64,000 nucleotides of DNA, from assembly GCA_902562525.1 (NCBI GenBank), contig CACETT010000001.1:28036-92035 (forward strand), written 5' to 3'. Below are positions 39,952-52,054 of this stretch, one piece after another. Position 1 is the stretch's first letter, and each line of letters begins with the position of its first letter. The position numbers and the translations under genes are program-made. Below the pieces are notes generated by a model. It saw nothing but the letters and a program-made list of their open reading frames with translations, had not been told where the DNA came from and searched no databases. Source of the DNA: an uncultured Alphaproteobacteria bacterium. GTDB lineage: Bacteria > Pseudomonadota > Alphaproteobacteria > UBA7887.

Positions 39952-40209
39952 ATGGCTCATAAAAAAGCAGGTGGAAGTTCCAGGAACGGTCGTGATTCGG
40001 CGGGTCGAAGGCTTGGTGTGAAGAAATATGGGGGAGAGATAGTGGTGCCGGGCAATATTATTGTTCGACAGCGCGGAACGAAGTTCCATCCCGGTGATAA
40101 TGTGGGTATGGGCAAGGATCATACTCTGTTTGCTTTAACTCCGGGTCAGGTGGAGTTTAGAGTGAGGAAAAGTGGGCGGACGTTTGTTTCTGTTCATGTT
40201 GGAGACTAA
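39952..40209 (+). CDS. rpmA: 50S ribosomal protein L27
   Basis: [29 protein letters not shown] is a canonical L27. Confidence 0.95.
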   Translation: MAHKKAGGSSRNGRDSAGRRLGVKKYGGEIVVPGNIIVRQRGTKFHPGDNVGMGKDHTLFALTPGQVEFRVRKSGRTFVSVHVGD

Positions 40210-40252
40210 ATAACTGCCGAACAAGAAGGCGCGGGAGTGATCATCACTCTGA

Positions 40253-42451
<2,199 letters not shown>

Positions 42452-42465
<14 letters not shown>

Positions 42466-43735
42466 GGTGATAGAAGTCGGTGATGTGGTTGGCCTTATGG
42501 ATCGTATCGGGGTAGATGCCAAGTCTGCCTCAGCAGAGTTAGCGACAGCCTCTACTGCAGCTAAAAACCATGCTCTGCATTCGGCGGCGACGGCTATTCG
42601 TGCTAATGCGGAGACCATCCTATCTGCCAACAATGTTGACTTAAGTGACGTTAAGAGCGGAAATGCGGATGCTGCGTTTATCGACCGGTTGGAACTGACG
42701 ACTGATCGTATCTCGTCTATGGCAGACGGACTGGATCAGGTCGCAGAATTGGCGGATCCGGTGGGCGAAGTTATGGACAGCTGGGTTCGTCCTAACGGGC
42801 TACGGATTTCTAGGGTTCGGGTGCCGCTAGGTGTTATCGGTATAATTTATGAGTCGCGGCCAAACGTCACAGCCGATGCCGGAGCATTGTGTATCAAATC
42901 AGGCAATGCGGCAATTTTGCGAGGTGGTTCAGAGAGTTTTAACTCGTCCCAAGCTATTGCGGCGTGCTTATCAGAAGGATTGCGAGCAGCTGCTTTGAGT
43001 GCAAATTGTGTTCAGCTTGTTCCTACCCGAAATCGGGAGGCTGTGGGCCAAATGCTTGGAATGACTAAATACATAGATGTTATTGTGCCGAGAGGCGGTA
43101 GGTCTTTGACCGAGCGGGTCGGCCAGGAAAGTAAAGTTGCAGTACTTAAACATCTAGACGGTATTTGCCATATTTATCTGGATGCTGCAGCTGATCCGAT
43201 TAAGGCAGAAACGATCGCAGTGAATGCAAAAATGCGGCGGACGGGGATTTGCGGGGCTGCTGAAACTATATTGGTCCATAAAGATGCAGTGGAAACGGCA
43301 TTACCCAATGTTGTGAAGGGTCTCCTTGATAGTGGTTGTGAAGTGCGAGGTGATTCTGCCACACAGTTGCTCGATGATCGGGTGCTTGCTGCCACAGCGG
43401 AGGATTGGGATACGGAGTATCTGGCTCCTATCGTATCGATCAAGGTTGTAGAAGGGTTGCAGGATGCAATTCTGCATGTAGGGAAGCATGGTTCTCATCA
43501 TACAGACAGTATCATTACTGAAGACAACCACTCGGCGGAAGAATTCATGAAGCGAGTGGATAGTAGCATTGTCCTTCATAATGCGTCCACTCAGTTTGCT
43601 GATGGAGGGGAGTTTGGAATGGGTGCAGAGATAGGTATTTCAACTGGAAAGCTGCATGCTCGAGGCCCAGTGGGTGTGGAACAGCTTACTAGCTACAAAT
43701 ATTTGGTCCGCGGGGAAGGCCAGGTGCGGCCCTGA
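42452..43735 (+). CDS. proA: Gamma-glutamyl phosphate reductase ProA
   Basis: Aldehyde dehydrogenase superfamily. proB–proA adjacency is typical. Confidence 0.9.
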
Positions 43736-43749
43736 GCGAGCTTCAGCGA

Positions 43750-44352
43750 TTGCTGTCAAACTTGCCGCCTCGTGATGCCAAAGTGGGGTTGCTTGGAGGT
43801 TCATTTAATCCGGCTCATGGTGGACATAGACATGTTAGCCAGCTTGCGCTAAGGAGGCTGGCCCTGGATCGTGTTTGGTGGCTGGTTTCTCCACAAAATC
43901 CTTTAAAGGAAGAAGTTGGAATGGCGCCGTTAGAGGCGCGGTGTGCGAAGGCCATCTCCATTGCGCAACATCGACGTATTGATGTTACGGGCTTAGAGCG
44001 TGACTTAAAGACTGTGTATACGATTGATACAATCAGAAAATTGAAGTTAGATGCTTCTCATGTGACGTTTGTCTGGATAATGGGCGCGGATAATCTCGCT
44101 GAAGTGGCCCGATGGAAGTCGTGGAGATCTCTTTTTAAGCATGTTCCCGTTGCTATTTTTGACAGGGCTAATTACGCTCGCAAGGCATTAGGCTCGGAGG
44201 CAGCGAGGACCTTTGCACGGGCTAGGGTTTCAGATCGCAATTCGGCGGGCTTGCTTACCAAGAATCTTCCGGCATGGATGTTTGTAAGGTCCGAGTTGCA
44301 TCCCGCCTCTGCAACTAGTATTCGTAGCCACGGCTTATGGGATTGGCGTTAG
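43750..44352 (+). CDS. nadD: Nicotinate-nucleotide adenylyltransferase NadD
   Basis: GGSFNPAHGGH (H/T-x-G-H nucleotidyltransferase motif). Directly upstream of rsfS, as in many bacteria. Confidence 0.85.
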   Translation: MLSNLPPRDAKVGLLGGSFNPAHGGHRHVSQLALRRLALDRVWWLVSPQNPLKEEVGMAPLEARCAKAISIAQHRRIDVTGLERDLKTVYTIDTIRKLKLDASHVTFVWIMGADNLAEVARWKSWRSLFKHVPVAIFDRANYARKALGSEAARTFARARVSDRNSAGLLTKNLPAWMFVRSELHPASATSIRSHGLWDWR

Positions 44353-44421
44353 TGTAATGAGTGTTGAATATTTGCTTGGCCAAATTGTGCTTTTCTGAGG
44401 GAACGGTAATAGGGCAATGGA

Positions 44422-44778
44422 TTGGATGATACGATATTGAGAATAGATCTCCGAAAAGCAGTTGAAGATAGCCTGGAGGAAGATAAAGCAGAAGATATCT
44501 GTGTAATCAACTTAGCAGGGAAGAGCACGATAGCTGAATATATGGTTATTGCTACGGGCCGTTCTAAGAGACACGTTACGTCGATTGCGGACCGCCTTGC
44601 TGAGCGGTTAAAAATATCTGGAGTATCCCCAATTGGCGTGGAGGGGAAGGGTGAGGCAGATTGGATATTATTGGACTTAGGCGATGTCATTGTGCAGCTG
44701 TTCCGACAAGAAGTCCGAGAATTTTATGAGCTTGAAAAAATGTGGGCGGCGACTTTGCCGGAAACGGCGAACTCCTAA
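44422..44778 (+). CDS. rsfS: Ribosomal silencing factor RsfS (Iojap family)
   Basis: EDKKAEDI...IAEYMVIATGRSKRHVTSIADRL is the conserved Iojap core. Confidence 0.85.
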   Translation: MDDTILRIDLRKAVEDSLEEDKAEDICVINLAGKSTIAEYMVIATGRSKRHVTSIADRLAERLKISGVSPIGVEGKGEADWILLDLGDVIVQLFRQEVREFYELEKMWAATLPETANS

Positions 44779-44835
44779 TGGTGATTGGATCGTAATGGCC
44801 CACTACCAAGAAGGTTGGGAAAAGGTGATCGTTAG

Positions 44836-46362
44836 ATGAGTTGCCCTGTCGTCTTGTGTATTTTGGATGGTTGGGGGTGGAGGGGCCCCGCTAAAGATAA
44901 TGCCATTGCACTAGCCAAAACTCCCAATTGGGATGAGTATTTGCGGTCCTGTCCCCATAGTGTGTTAGAGGCCTCTGAAGAGGAGGTAGGATTACCGGCA
45001 GGACAAATGGGTAATTCAGAAGTAGGGCACATGAATATTGGGGCGGGCCGGGTAGTTCTGCAGGATCTGCCAAAAATTGACAAGTCGATCTTAGATGGAG
45101 AGTTGCACCGTAATGCGGCCCTTAAGCGCTTTTCTGATTCTCTCTTAGAGTCAAACAGATTGTGCCATTTGATTGGCCTTGTTTCGCCTGGTGGCGTCCA
45201 TTCGCACCAGAACCATATAATCGAACTGGCCAAAACTCTCAGTGAAAGATCAATCAACGTCAAAATTCATGCTCTCCTTGATGGGCGCGATACCGCCCCG
45301 CAAAGTGCCAAAAAGTATTTGGAGGAACTAGAGGATACTATTAGGTGTGATGTAAATACTTCGGTAGTTTCTCTTGGCGGACGTTACTTTGGTATGGATC
45401 GCGATAAGCGTTGGGATCGAGTCCAGCTAGCCTACAATGCTATTATGAACGGCGTGGGACCTAGATTTAGGTCCACGAGGGCTGCGATTCAATCAAGTTA
45501 TCGGCAGGGGTCTACGGACGAATTTATTGTGCCAGCTGTTATCGGAGACTACTCTGGCGTGCGGGCAGGTGATGGTTTGCTTATGGCGAATTTTAGAGCG
45601 GATAGAGTTCGCCAGCTTTTGGATGCTTTGCTTAATCCGGACTTTGATGATTTTCCAACGAACGGGAGGGCCGTCTTTGCCGCCAAACTTGGAATAACAG
45701 ATTATTCGCAGCGGCTATCTGGTTTAATGGGCACGATGTTCCCTACAGCATCTGTTGAAAAAACCCTTGGGGAGGTCATTGCGGCAAACGGGTTGCGCCA
45801 ATTCCGAATTGCCGAGACGGAGAAGTATGCTCATGTAACTTTCTTTTTAAATGGGGGCCGTGAGGCCCCCTACGTAGGTGAGGATAGAATTCTAGTGCCC
45901 TCTCCAAAAGTTCCCACGTATGATCAAAAGCCGGAGATGTCTGCGGACAAGGTCGCTGATGAGTTGGTGAGGGCTTTGGATAGCAGGCAATATGAGCTTT
46001 TGGTTGTTAACTTTGCTAATGCTGACATGGTAGGCCATACTGGAAATCTCCAGGCAGCAATCAAGGCAGTGGAAGTGGTCGACAGTTGCTTGGGGAAAAT
46101 TATTAGCGCAACAGATGCCCAGGGCGGGGTAGTGTTTGTGACCGCCGATCATGGAAACGCTGAACAAATGATTAGTTCTCATACAAACGATATGCATACT
46201 GCACATACTACTAATAAAGTCCCCTTCCTCATCACTGGAAGCAAAGAACGCTCACTGTCCGACGGCAAACTTTCAGATATAGCTCCCACCATTCTCCATA
46301 CTATGGGAATGGCTGTTCCAAAGGAAATGACTGGTAAAATTTTAGTCCAACGACAGGATTAG
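44836..46362 (+). CDS. gpmI: 2,3-bisphosphoglycerate-independent phosphoglycerate mutase GpmI
   Basis: N-terminus VLCILDGWG, catalytic-Ser region and metal-binding motifs ADHGN, around 510 aa. Confidence 0.9.
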   Translation: MSCPVVLCILDGWGWRGPAKDNAIALAKTPNWDEYLRSCPHSVLEASEEEVGLPAGQMGNSEVGHMNIGAGRVVLQDLPKIDKSILDGELHRNAALKRFSDSLLESNRLCHLIGLVSPGGVHSHQNHIIELAKTLSERSINVKIHALLDGRDTAPQSAKKYLEELEDTIRCDVNTSVVSLGGRYFGMDRDKRWDRVQLAYNAIMNGVGPRFRSTRAAIQSSYRQGSTDEFIVPAVIGDYSGVRAGDGLLMANFRADRVRQLLDALLNPDFDDFPTNGRAVFAAKLGITDYSQRLSGLMGTMFPTASVEKTLGEVIAANGLRQFRIAETEKYAHVTFFLNGGREAPYVGEDRILVPSPKVPTYDQKPEMSADKVADELVRALDSRQYELLVVNFANADMVGHTGNLQAAIKAVEVVDSCLGKIISATDAQGGVVFVTADHGNAEQMISSHTNDMHTAHTTNKVPFLITGSKERSLSDGKLSDIAPTILHTMGMAVPKEMTGKILVQRQD

Positions 46363-46379
46363 GGAGCGCAGGCCTGCTC

Positions 46380-47609
46380 ATGCGTGGCATTATCTGTCCT
46401 TCAATAATGTGGGCTTATACGGCAGCAGCCTGTTGGTCTGGGTCATCCGCGTTAGCCACTGATGTCGATCCGATGGATATGCCGTCTCCGATTACCGCAA
46501 TTGAAGAAATGGGCGAGAGCCTAAATAGTGGGAAGGACCGGGAAAAGTCTTTAAGAGCGCAGGTAAAGAGCTTGACCTCCGAAATCATATCTATAAGCAC
46601 GAAAATTAGAAATCTCAGAGAATTGATCCAGGAAAAGGAAGCACAGATTCAGGGAACAAAGAGGGATCTACAAGAAATTGACGTACCATACCGGTTGGGT
46701 GAGGAAGGTATCTTGCTGCATGAACATGGACTGCATGCTTCTATCGTTTCATTATTTCTAGCTGGAAGGCATGAAAAATCTTATCTTTTTGAGATTAAAA
46801 CGCACAACCGAGTGGAGATGTTGAGGCTGGCCGTACTAGCAGGAATGGCGGAGGGCTTAAAGCGGCAAAAGGATACTATTGCAGCCAGTCTCAAATCATT
46901 AAAAAGTTTGCGTGCTAGACATTTTGAAGAGACCAATGCATTAGTTGAGTCAAAGAAGATGTTAGAGTTGCAGAGGGCTGATTTAGAGGCACTGTTGCAT
47001 CGTAAATCAAGTCTCCAGGCTATAGTGTTTTCTGAACACAAGAAAGCAGATGAAAAATTGGCCCGGTTAGCGGCCAAGGCCAACGACCTTCAGCAGTTAA
47101 TGGAGGTTTTGGAGTCGCCCGCAAAGGCGCCTGAGGACGGGGCTCTCGTCCAGGAGACTGGGGCTAATTATTTACCCAGTGCGGACCTAGGGAATAAGAA
47201 TTTGGCTCTCATGCCGACAGTTAACTCTTACCTAGACCTGGGGCAGATTGTTAGTGAGTTTGGTGCGCGTCGGGGTAATGGTCTTACAAGCCAGGGTCTT
47301 CATATAAAAATTGAGGATATCTCAGATGTCGTTAGTCTCCGAGCTGGCAAAGTTGTTTTTTCAGGCACTTTCAGAACATATGGTCTGCTCTTGATAATAG
47401 AGCATGGCCAAGGATATCATAGTTTGCTTTCAGGGTTTGGCCGTATTTATGGTCAGGTGGGCGATTTTGTAAGAGCTGGCGAACCTGTCGGATTGATGGG
47501 CGATGCAGCGGGCACGGGGTCTGTTCTTTACGTGGAAGTTCGTCGAAAAGGGAAGCCGATAAATCCAACCGGGTGGTTGGATCAAATAGATCGAGAGGTT
47601 AGAGGATGA
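46380..47609 (+). CDS. M23-family peptidase domain protein with N-terminal coiled coil (EnvC-like murein hydrolase activator)
   Basis: Signal peptide, about 200 aa of coiled coil, and a C-terminal LytM/M23 fold (GLHIKI...GTFRTYGLLLIIEHGQGYHSLLSG...). Confidence 0.8.
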   Translation: MRGIICPSIMWAYTAAACWSGSSALATDVDPMDMPSPITAIEEMGESLNSGKDREKSLRAQVKSLTSEIISISTKIRNLRELIQEKEAQIQGTKRDLQEIDVPYRLGEEGILLHEHGLHASIVSLFLAGRHEKSYLFEIKTHNRVEMLRLAVLAGMAEGLKRQKDTIAASLKSLKSLRARHFEETNALVESKKMLELQRADLEALLHRKSSLQAIVFSEHKKADEKLARLAAKANDLQQLMEVLESPAKAPEDGALVQETGANYLPSADLGNKNLALMPTVNSYLDLGQIVSEFGARRGNGLTSQGLHIKIEDISDVVSLRAGKVVFSGTFRTYGLLLIIEHGQGYHSLLSGFGRIYGQVGDFVRAGEPVGLMGDAAGTGSVLYVEVRRKGKPINPTGWLDQIDREVRG

Positions 47610-48892
47610 GTCGCTTTTTGTTATGGACCGCAGCCGTCTTTTTGTTTTTTGTTCCAGCCCAAACTGGGGGAACCACCGATGCGGAGACTTACCGCCAACT
47701 TAATATGTTTGGCGATGTTTTTGAGCGTGTTAGGGCGCAGTATGTCGAGGAGGTTGAGGATTCCGCGCTTATAGAGGCAGCTATCCAAGGAATGCTAAGT
47801 TCCCTAGACCCTCATTCTACTTTCTTGAGTGCCGACGCTTATGGAGAGATGCAGGTTAATACAAAGGGAGAATTTGGCGGGCTTGGTATAGAGGTGACGA
47901 TGGAGGGTGGAGTGGTAAAAGTCGTCTCACCAATTGATGACACGCCCGCTCATCGAGCAGGAATCCAACCAGGAGATCTAATTATAGGGATTGATGGGGA
48001 GCAGGTGTTCGGATTAACGCTGGGGGAAGCCGTCGATCGCATGAGAGGTCCAGTTCATTCAGAGATTATAGTGACTGTGAAACGGGACGGTATTGAGCAG
48101 CCGTTTGATGTAAGCATTATACGAGATATTATTCGCATAAAATCTGTTAAGGCGAGGGCAGAGGAAAATGTTGCTGTAATCCGGATAACCTCATTTAATG
48201 AGCAGACGGATGGCGGAGTCGAAAGAGCGATGAGAGACCTCTCCCTCGAGATTGGGCAAGACCTCCAAGGTGTTGTTATAGACCTTCGAAATAATCCTGG
48301 AGGTCTTCTGGACCAAGCTATATCCGTGTCCGATGCGTTTCTAGATAAGGGAGAGATCGTCTCGACTAGGGGCCGCGGAAGTCGTGGTGGGCAGAGATTT
48401 AATGCGCGGTCAGGCGATATTGCGCAGGGCCTTCCAATTGTGGTTCTCATCAACGGTGGCTCGGCATCTGCATCGGAGATTGTTGCAGGAGCTCTCCAGG
48501 ACCATAAGAGAGCAATTATACTAGGTACCAGGTCGTTTGGTAAGGGATCCGTTCAAACCATTATCCCTCTTCCTGGGGAGGCTGCTATGCGCCTGACTAC
48601 TGCGAGGTATTATACTCCATCGGGCCGTTCCATCCAGGCCACCGGTATTGAGCCAGATATTTTTGTCGAGGCCGGGACTATCGAGATTGCATCTGATTTG
48701 GACCGGAGAAGAGAAGGAGATTTACGGGGTAGTCTAGATTCAGAAGGTGGTGACAGCGAGGCTAATAACGGATCAGAAAATATTGATGACCAAGGTCTCG
48801 ACGCTGAACGTGAGAAAACTTTGTTAGACTATCAATTGCAGAGGGCCCTGGACTTAATTCGTGGACTTTCGCTTTTTGAGGATCGGGTTTAG
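47606..48892 (+). CDS. ctpA: Carboxy-terminal processing protease CtpA (S41, PDZ domain)
   Basis: PDZ segment GLGIEV...GDLIIGIDG and S41 catalytic region GSASASEIVAGALQD...K. Confidence 0.9.
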   Translation: MSRFLLWTAAVFLFFVPAQTGGTTDAETYRQLNMFGDVFERVRAQYVEEVEDSALIEAAIQGMLSSLDPHSTFLSADAYGEMQVNTKGEFGGLGIEVTMEGGVVKVVSPIDDTPAHRAGIQPGDLIIGIDGEQVFGLTLGEAVDRMRGPVHSEIIVTVKRDGIEQPFDVSIIRDIIRIKSVKARAEENVAVIRITSFNEQTDGGVERAMRDLSLEIGQDLQGVVIDLRNNPGGLLDQAISVSDAFLDKGEIVSTRGRGSRGGQRFNARSGDIAQGLPIVVLINGGSASASEIVAGALQDHKRAIILGTRSFGKGSVQTIIPLPGEAAMRLTTARYYTPSGRSIQATGIEPDIFVEAGTIEIASDLDRRREGDLRGSLDSEGGDSEANNGSENIDDQGLDAEREKTLLDYQLQRALDLIRGLSLFEDRV

Positions 48893-48929
48893 GCAATAAG
48901 ATGGTGCTCGTGGACCTTCGTGACAGTCA

Positions 48930-49400
48930 ATGACGACGAAGTTGTATCGCCCTGGGGTTGGAATAATGTTGATAAATGCCGACCGCCATATTTTTATGGG
49001 AAGGCGCATTGGCGTTGCCGTTGGCGGATGGCAAATGCCGCAGGGTGGCATTGATGGGCAGGAAGACATCAGGTCGGCGGCTCTCCGAGAGCTGCACGAA
49101 GAGGTCGGAATTAAAAAAGTAGAAATATTAGAAGTTTCAAAGCAATGGTTGAGGTATGACTTGCCGCTTCCAATGGTAGCTAGCTCGTGGAAGGGAAAGT
49201 ATCGGGGTCAGCGACAGAAATGGTTTGCAATGTCATTTACGGGATTAGACGCGGATATTAATTTGGATGCTAGCGGACATCCAGAATTCGATGCGTGGGA
49301 GTGGATGTTGCCCGCTAGATGTTTGCAGGAGATCATCAGCTTTAAAAAGTCATTGTATGAATCCGTGTTTGCAGAATTCGGTGGTTGGCTGAGTCCTTAA
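48930..49400 (+). CDS. rppH: RNA pyrophosphohydrolase RppH (NUDIX)
   Basis: Nudix box GGIDGQEDIRSAALRELHEEVGI. Confidence 0.85.
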   Translation: MTTKLYRPGVGIMLINADRHIFMGRRIGVAVGGWQMPQGGIDGQEDIRSAALRELHEEVGIKKVEILEVSKQWLRYDLPLPMVASSWKGKYRGQRQKWFAMSFTGLDADINLDASGHPEFDAWEWMLPARCLQEIISFKKSLYESVFAEFGGWLSP

Positions 49401-49426
49401 GTCCAGCTAGCATTGATTCAAATGAA

Positions 49427-49867
49427 TTAGAATTTCCTGAGTGCTCTGGTAAAACTATTGGCTAAGCTTACCCCAGCGACCAGAGCTGCGACAAAAATAA
49501 GGCTGGAAGGCAAGCCATAAGCTATGGAAGCAATTGCAGGGCCGGGGCACAAGCCCACCAAACCCCAGCCACATCCAAATATAAGCCCACCGATTATGAG
49601 CCGGCTGTCGATGTCACTTTCATTTAGCGTTGGAAAATTATTTGCAAACATTGGGGCGTGGCGTTTAAGTACAAAGAAAAACCCAGGCGTAGCTGCTAGT
49701 AGGGCACCTATCATCACGAATGCGAGGCTGGGATCCCATTTCCCTGCAATATCAAGGAAACCGAGAACTTTGACAGGGTTAACCATCTGTGAGATGCAAA
49801 GTCCAAGGCCGAATACAAGGCCCGAAAAGAGTATACATATAGATCGTAACATGTCCTCAGGCTCCAA
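49427..49867 (-). CDS. YeeE/YedE-family membrane protein (half-size paralog, putative sulfur-compound transporter component)
   Basis: Four TM helices and the conserved GWGLVGLCPGPA motif. Confidence 0.7.
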   Translation of the reverse strand: MEPEDMLRSICILFSGLVFGLGLCISQMVNPVKVLGFLDIAGKWDPSLAFVMIGALLAATPGFFFVLKRHAPMFANNFPTLNESDIDSRLIIGGLIFGCGWGLVGLCPGPAIASIAYGLPSSLIFVAALVAGVSLANSFTRALRKF

Positions 49868-50291
49868 GTATGTGTCGTAAAAAGTAAACCGTGGCTATGC
49901 CGGCAGTCATGAAAGCGATCGTTGCCACAAGTGAACGTGTTGATTTTCTGGCCAAGCCGCAGATGCCATGTCCACTGGTACAGCCGCTACCCAGAGAGGT
50001 TCCAAACCCAGTTAGAATACCACCAATGACTAGAACCATCATGGGTGCTTCGATAGTAATCGAGGGGATCGCTCCAGGTGACATTCGATAGAGTAGTGCG
50101 CCGCCAATTAAGCCGCCTAGAAATAAGATGCATTGCCCGCGCTTCTGAATAGATTCATTGATTAATGCGCCTTGCACTAGTCCGCTAATTCCCGCAATTC
50201 TTCCACTCGATAGGAGCAGGAATACGGCCGATAGTCCAATCAGGATACCTCCGGCTAAGGCGCTAAAGGGCGTAAAGTTATGAATGTCCAT
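49857..50291 (-). CDS. YeeE/YedE-family membrane protein (half-size paralog)
   Basis: GTSLGSGCTSGHGICGL is the hallmark Cys-containing motif of the YeeE/YedE (thiosulfate uptake) family. Overlaps its partner by 11 nt. Confidence 0.75.
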   Translation of the reverse strand: MDIHNFTPFSALAGGILIGLSAVFLLLSSGRIAGISGLVQGALINESIQKRGQCILFLGGLIGGALLYRMSPGAIPSITIEAPMMVLVIGGILTGFGTSLGSGCTSGHGICGLARKSTRSLVATIAFMTAGIATVYFLRHILGA

Positions 50292-50341
50292 GTCAGATCC
50301 CTTATTAAATTATTAATGATTTAAACTTGTTCGGACGGGTT

Positions 50342-50980
50342 TTATTTTCGGGGCGACCAACGAGATGGGCTGAGAATAATAGATTCCATGCTTTCCATTA
50401 ATGGTCGCGCGTAGGATAGAAAATCTTTCCATTCTGGATCGTTCTGTGAATCTCTTCGGGCCTGCATCCGCTCTTCCCAAGTAGCGTATGACCAGAGGTG
50501 GGTTACCTTGTTAGGGTCAGGGGTAACGTTAACCCAAAGCCCAATATTTTTGGAATATTTCTCCCGGATTGGCATTGCTTCGGCCATTTGGGCTGCCCAG
50601 TTCTTAGCAGTCCCCGGGCGAAGTTGATAAGTTCTAAGTTCATGGAAATTGTTCTCGCCAATGGGTTGTTTCATATCCAGAACGGGCTCCAGAAGACTGA
50701 CTTCTTGCCGTATCAGGTGTGGAAGAATGAGGGGGACGTATTTTTTTTTCCATTCAGGTTTTTCGGACAGCTCCTTGCGCAGACGCAGCATTGTAGGTAG
50801 GTCTTCATAGCTCCAAAGGTGTACATACTGGTTGAGTGTCCCTATTTCGCTGGCCCAATGGCCTTCCAGTTTGCCATATTTATCACCTTCTCTAATCTCC
50901 CTTGCAACAGTCCCACTGGCTTCGAGCGCTTGATTAACTGTGCCTGGCCTCATCGTATAAACTCTCAGTTCAAAAATCAT
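50342..50980 (-). CDS. NIPSNAP-family protein (tandem dimeric alpha/beta-barrel domains)
   Basis: Two repeats with the pattern ...VHLWSYEDL.../...THLWSYATWEE.... Confidence 0.7.
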   Translation of the reverse strand: MIFELRVYTMRPGTVNQALEASGTVAREIREGDKYGKLEGHWASEIGTLNQYVHLWSYEDLPTMLRLRKELSEKPEWKKKYVPLILPHLIRQEVSLLEPVLDMKQPIGENNFHELRTYQLRPGTAKNWAAQMAEAMPIREKYSKNIGLWVNVTPDPNKVTHLWSYATWEERMQARRDSQNDPEWKDFLSYARPLMESMESIILSPSRWSPRK

Positions 50981-51102
50981 AAATTTCCCCTTTTATCAAT
51001 TAGCCTGACAGAAAAATGTTACCTGTTAGCTATTACTGCCTGATTACTTTCATTAGGTGGAGCGTATCTTTATTAGTGGTTGATTTGTCTGAGAAACCAG
51101 AA

Positions 51103-51936
51103 TTATTCGTCTCTTTTTATGAATTCTCTCGCAGCTTCATCCAGGGTCATGAATTCAGCACCTTTAGTAGACAACTCTTTTATTAGTTTTTCCAGAATAA
51201 TCATTCGGTGGCCACGCCCTATCACGAATGGGTGGAATGTATACGTCAATACGCCCCAATCTTCAGTAGCGGCCATATACGAAAAATCATTCAGCCAATT
51301 TTCGAGGACGCCTTTGGCCGCGGCAAGGCCCGGAAGTATTCCGGACTTTTCCCTGACAAACTCAAAATATGGATAATCATCCAATGTCCAACTTATGGGC
51401 ATCTCGAGTAATTCAGAAGGTTGTCCGAAATCTACGGGTTGATCTTTATGAATTACATCCCCGACACGAGCCCAGTAAGGAAGGTGATCATTCCCCATCA
51501 TACTACTGTCGTAGACGAACCCTTGCTGTAATAGAAGCTTTATTGTGTTTGGGCTTAAGTCCCATGAGGGAGAGCGATAGCCATTAGCGTGTTTCCCACA
51601 TAGTTGACGAATTGCTTCATTGCCGCGCTCCAAGTCTTCGGCCTCCTTCGCAGCAGAAAGTTGTGCCGGGGGGGTATGAGTCCATCCGTGGTGGCCAATT
51701 TCGTGTTTGGCGCCAACTATAGCCTCACAGATATCAGGGTAAGTTCCAATAGTTACACCTGGGATGAACCACGTAGCAGGAATATTGTATCGGCCTAATA
51801 GCTCCAAAATTCGTTTAGCGCCTATGGCACCAAATTCACCCCTAGATATAGGGGTTGGGGTGGTATACCCCTTAGCTATCCATCCCGAAACAGCATCAAA
51901 GTCAAAAGTTAGACAAACAATATGTCGTTGGTTCAT
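51103..51936 (-). CDS. Polysaccharide deacetylase family protein (CE4/NodB homology; PuuE-like possible)
   Basis: Motif 1 LTFDFD, motif 2 HEIGHHGWTH. About 277 aa, cytoplasmic with no signal peptide. Confidence 0.8.
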   Translation of the reverse strand: MNQRHIVCLTFDFDAVSGWIAKGYTTPTPISRGEFGAIGAKRILELLGRYNIPATWFIPGVTIGTYPDICEAIVGAKHEIGHHGWTHTPPAQLSAAKEAEDLERGNEAIRQLCGKHANGYRSPSWDLSPNTIKLLLQQGFVYDSSMMGNDHLPYWARVGDVIHKDQPVDFGQPSELLEMPISWTLDDYPYFEFVREKSGILPGLAAAKGVLENWLNDFSYMAATEDWGVLTYTFHPFVIGRGHRMIILEKLIKELSTKGAEFMTLDEAAREFIKRDE

Positions 51937-52054
51937 ATATCTTTTCCAAATTAACTATCAGGTGTCTGTGCGTGTACGCGCGAATGATATCAGGAATACC
52001 CTTTCGATTTGCACCGGCCGAAAAGAGGTCTGTTGCACAGAATTTTACGTTACC

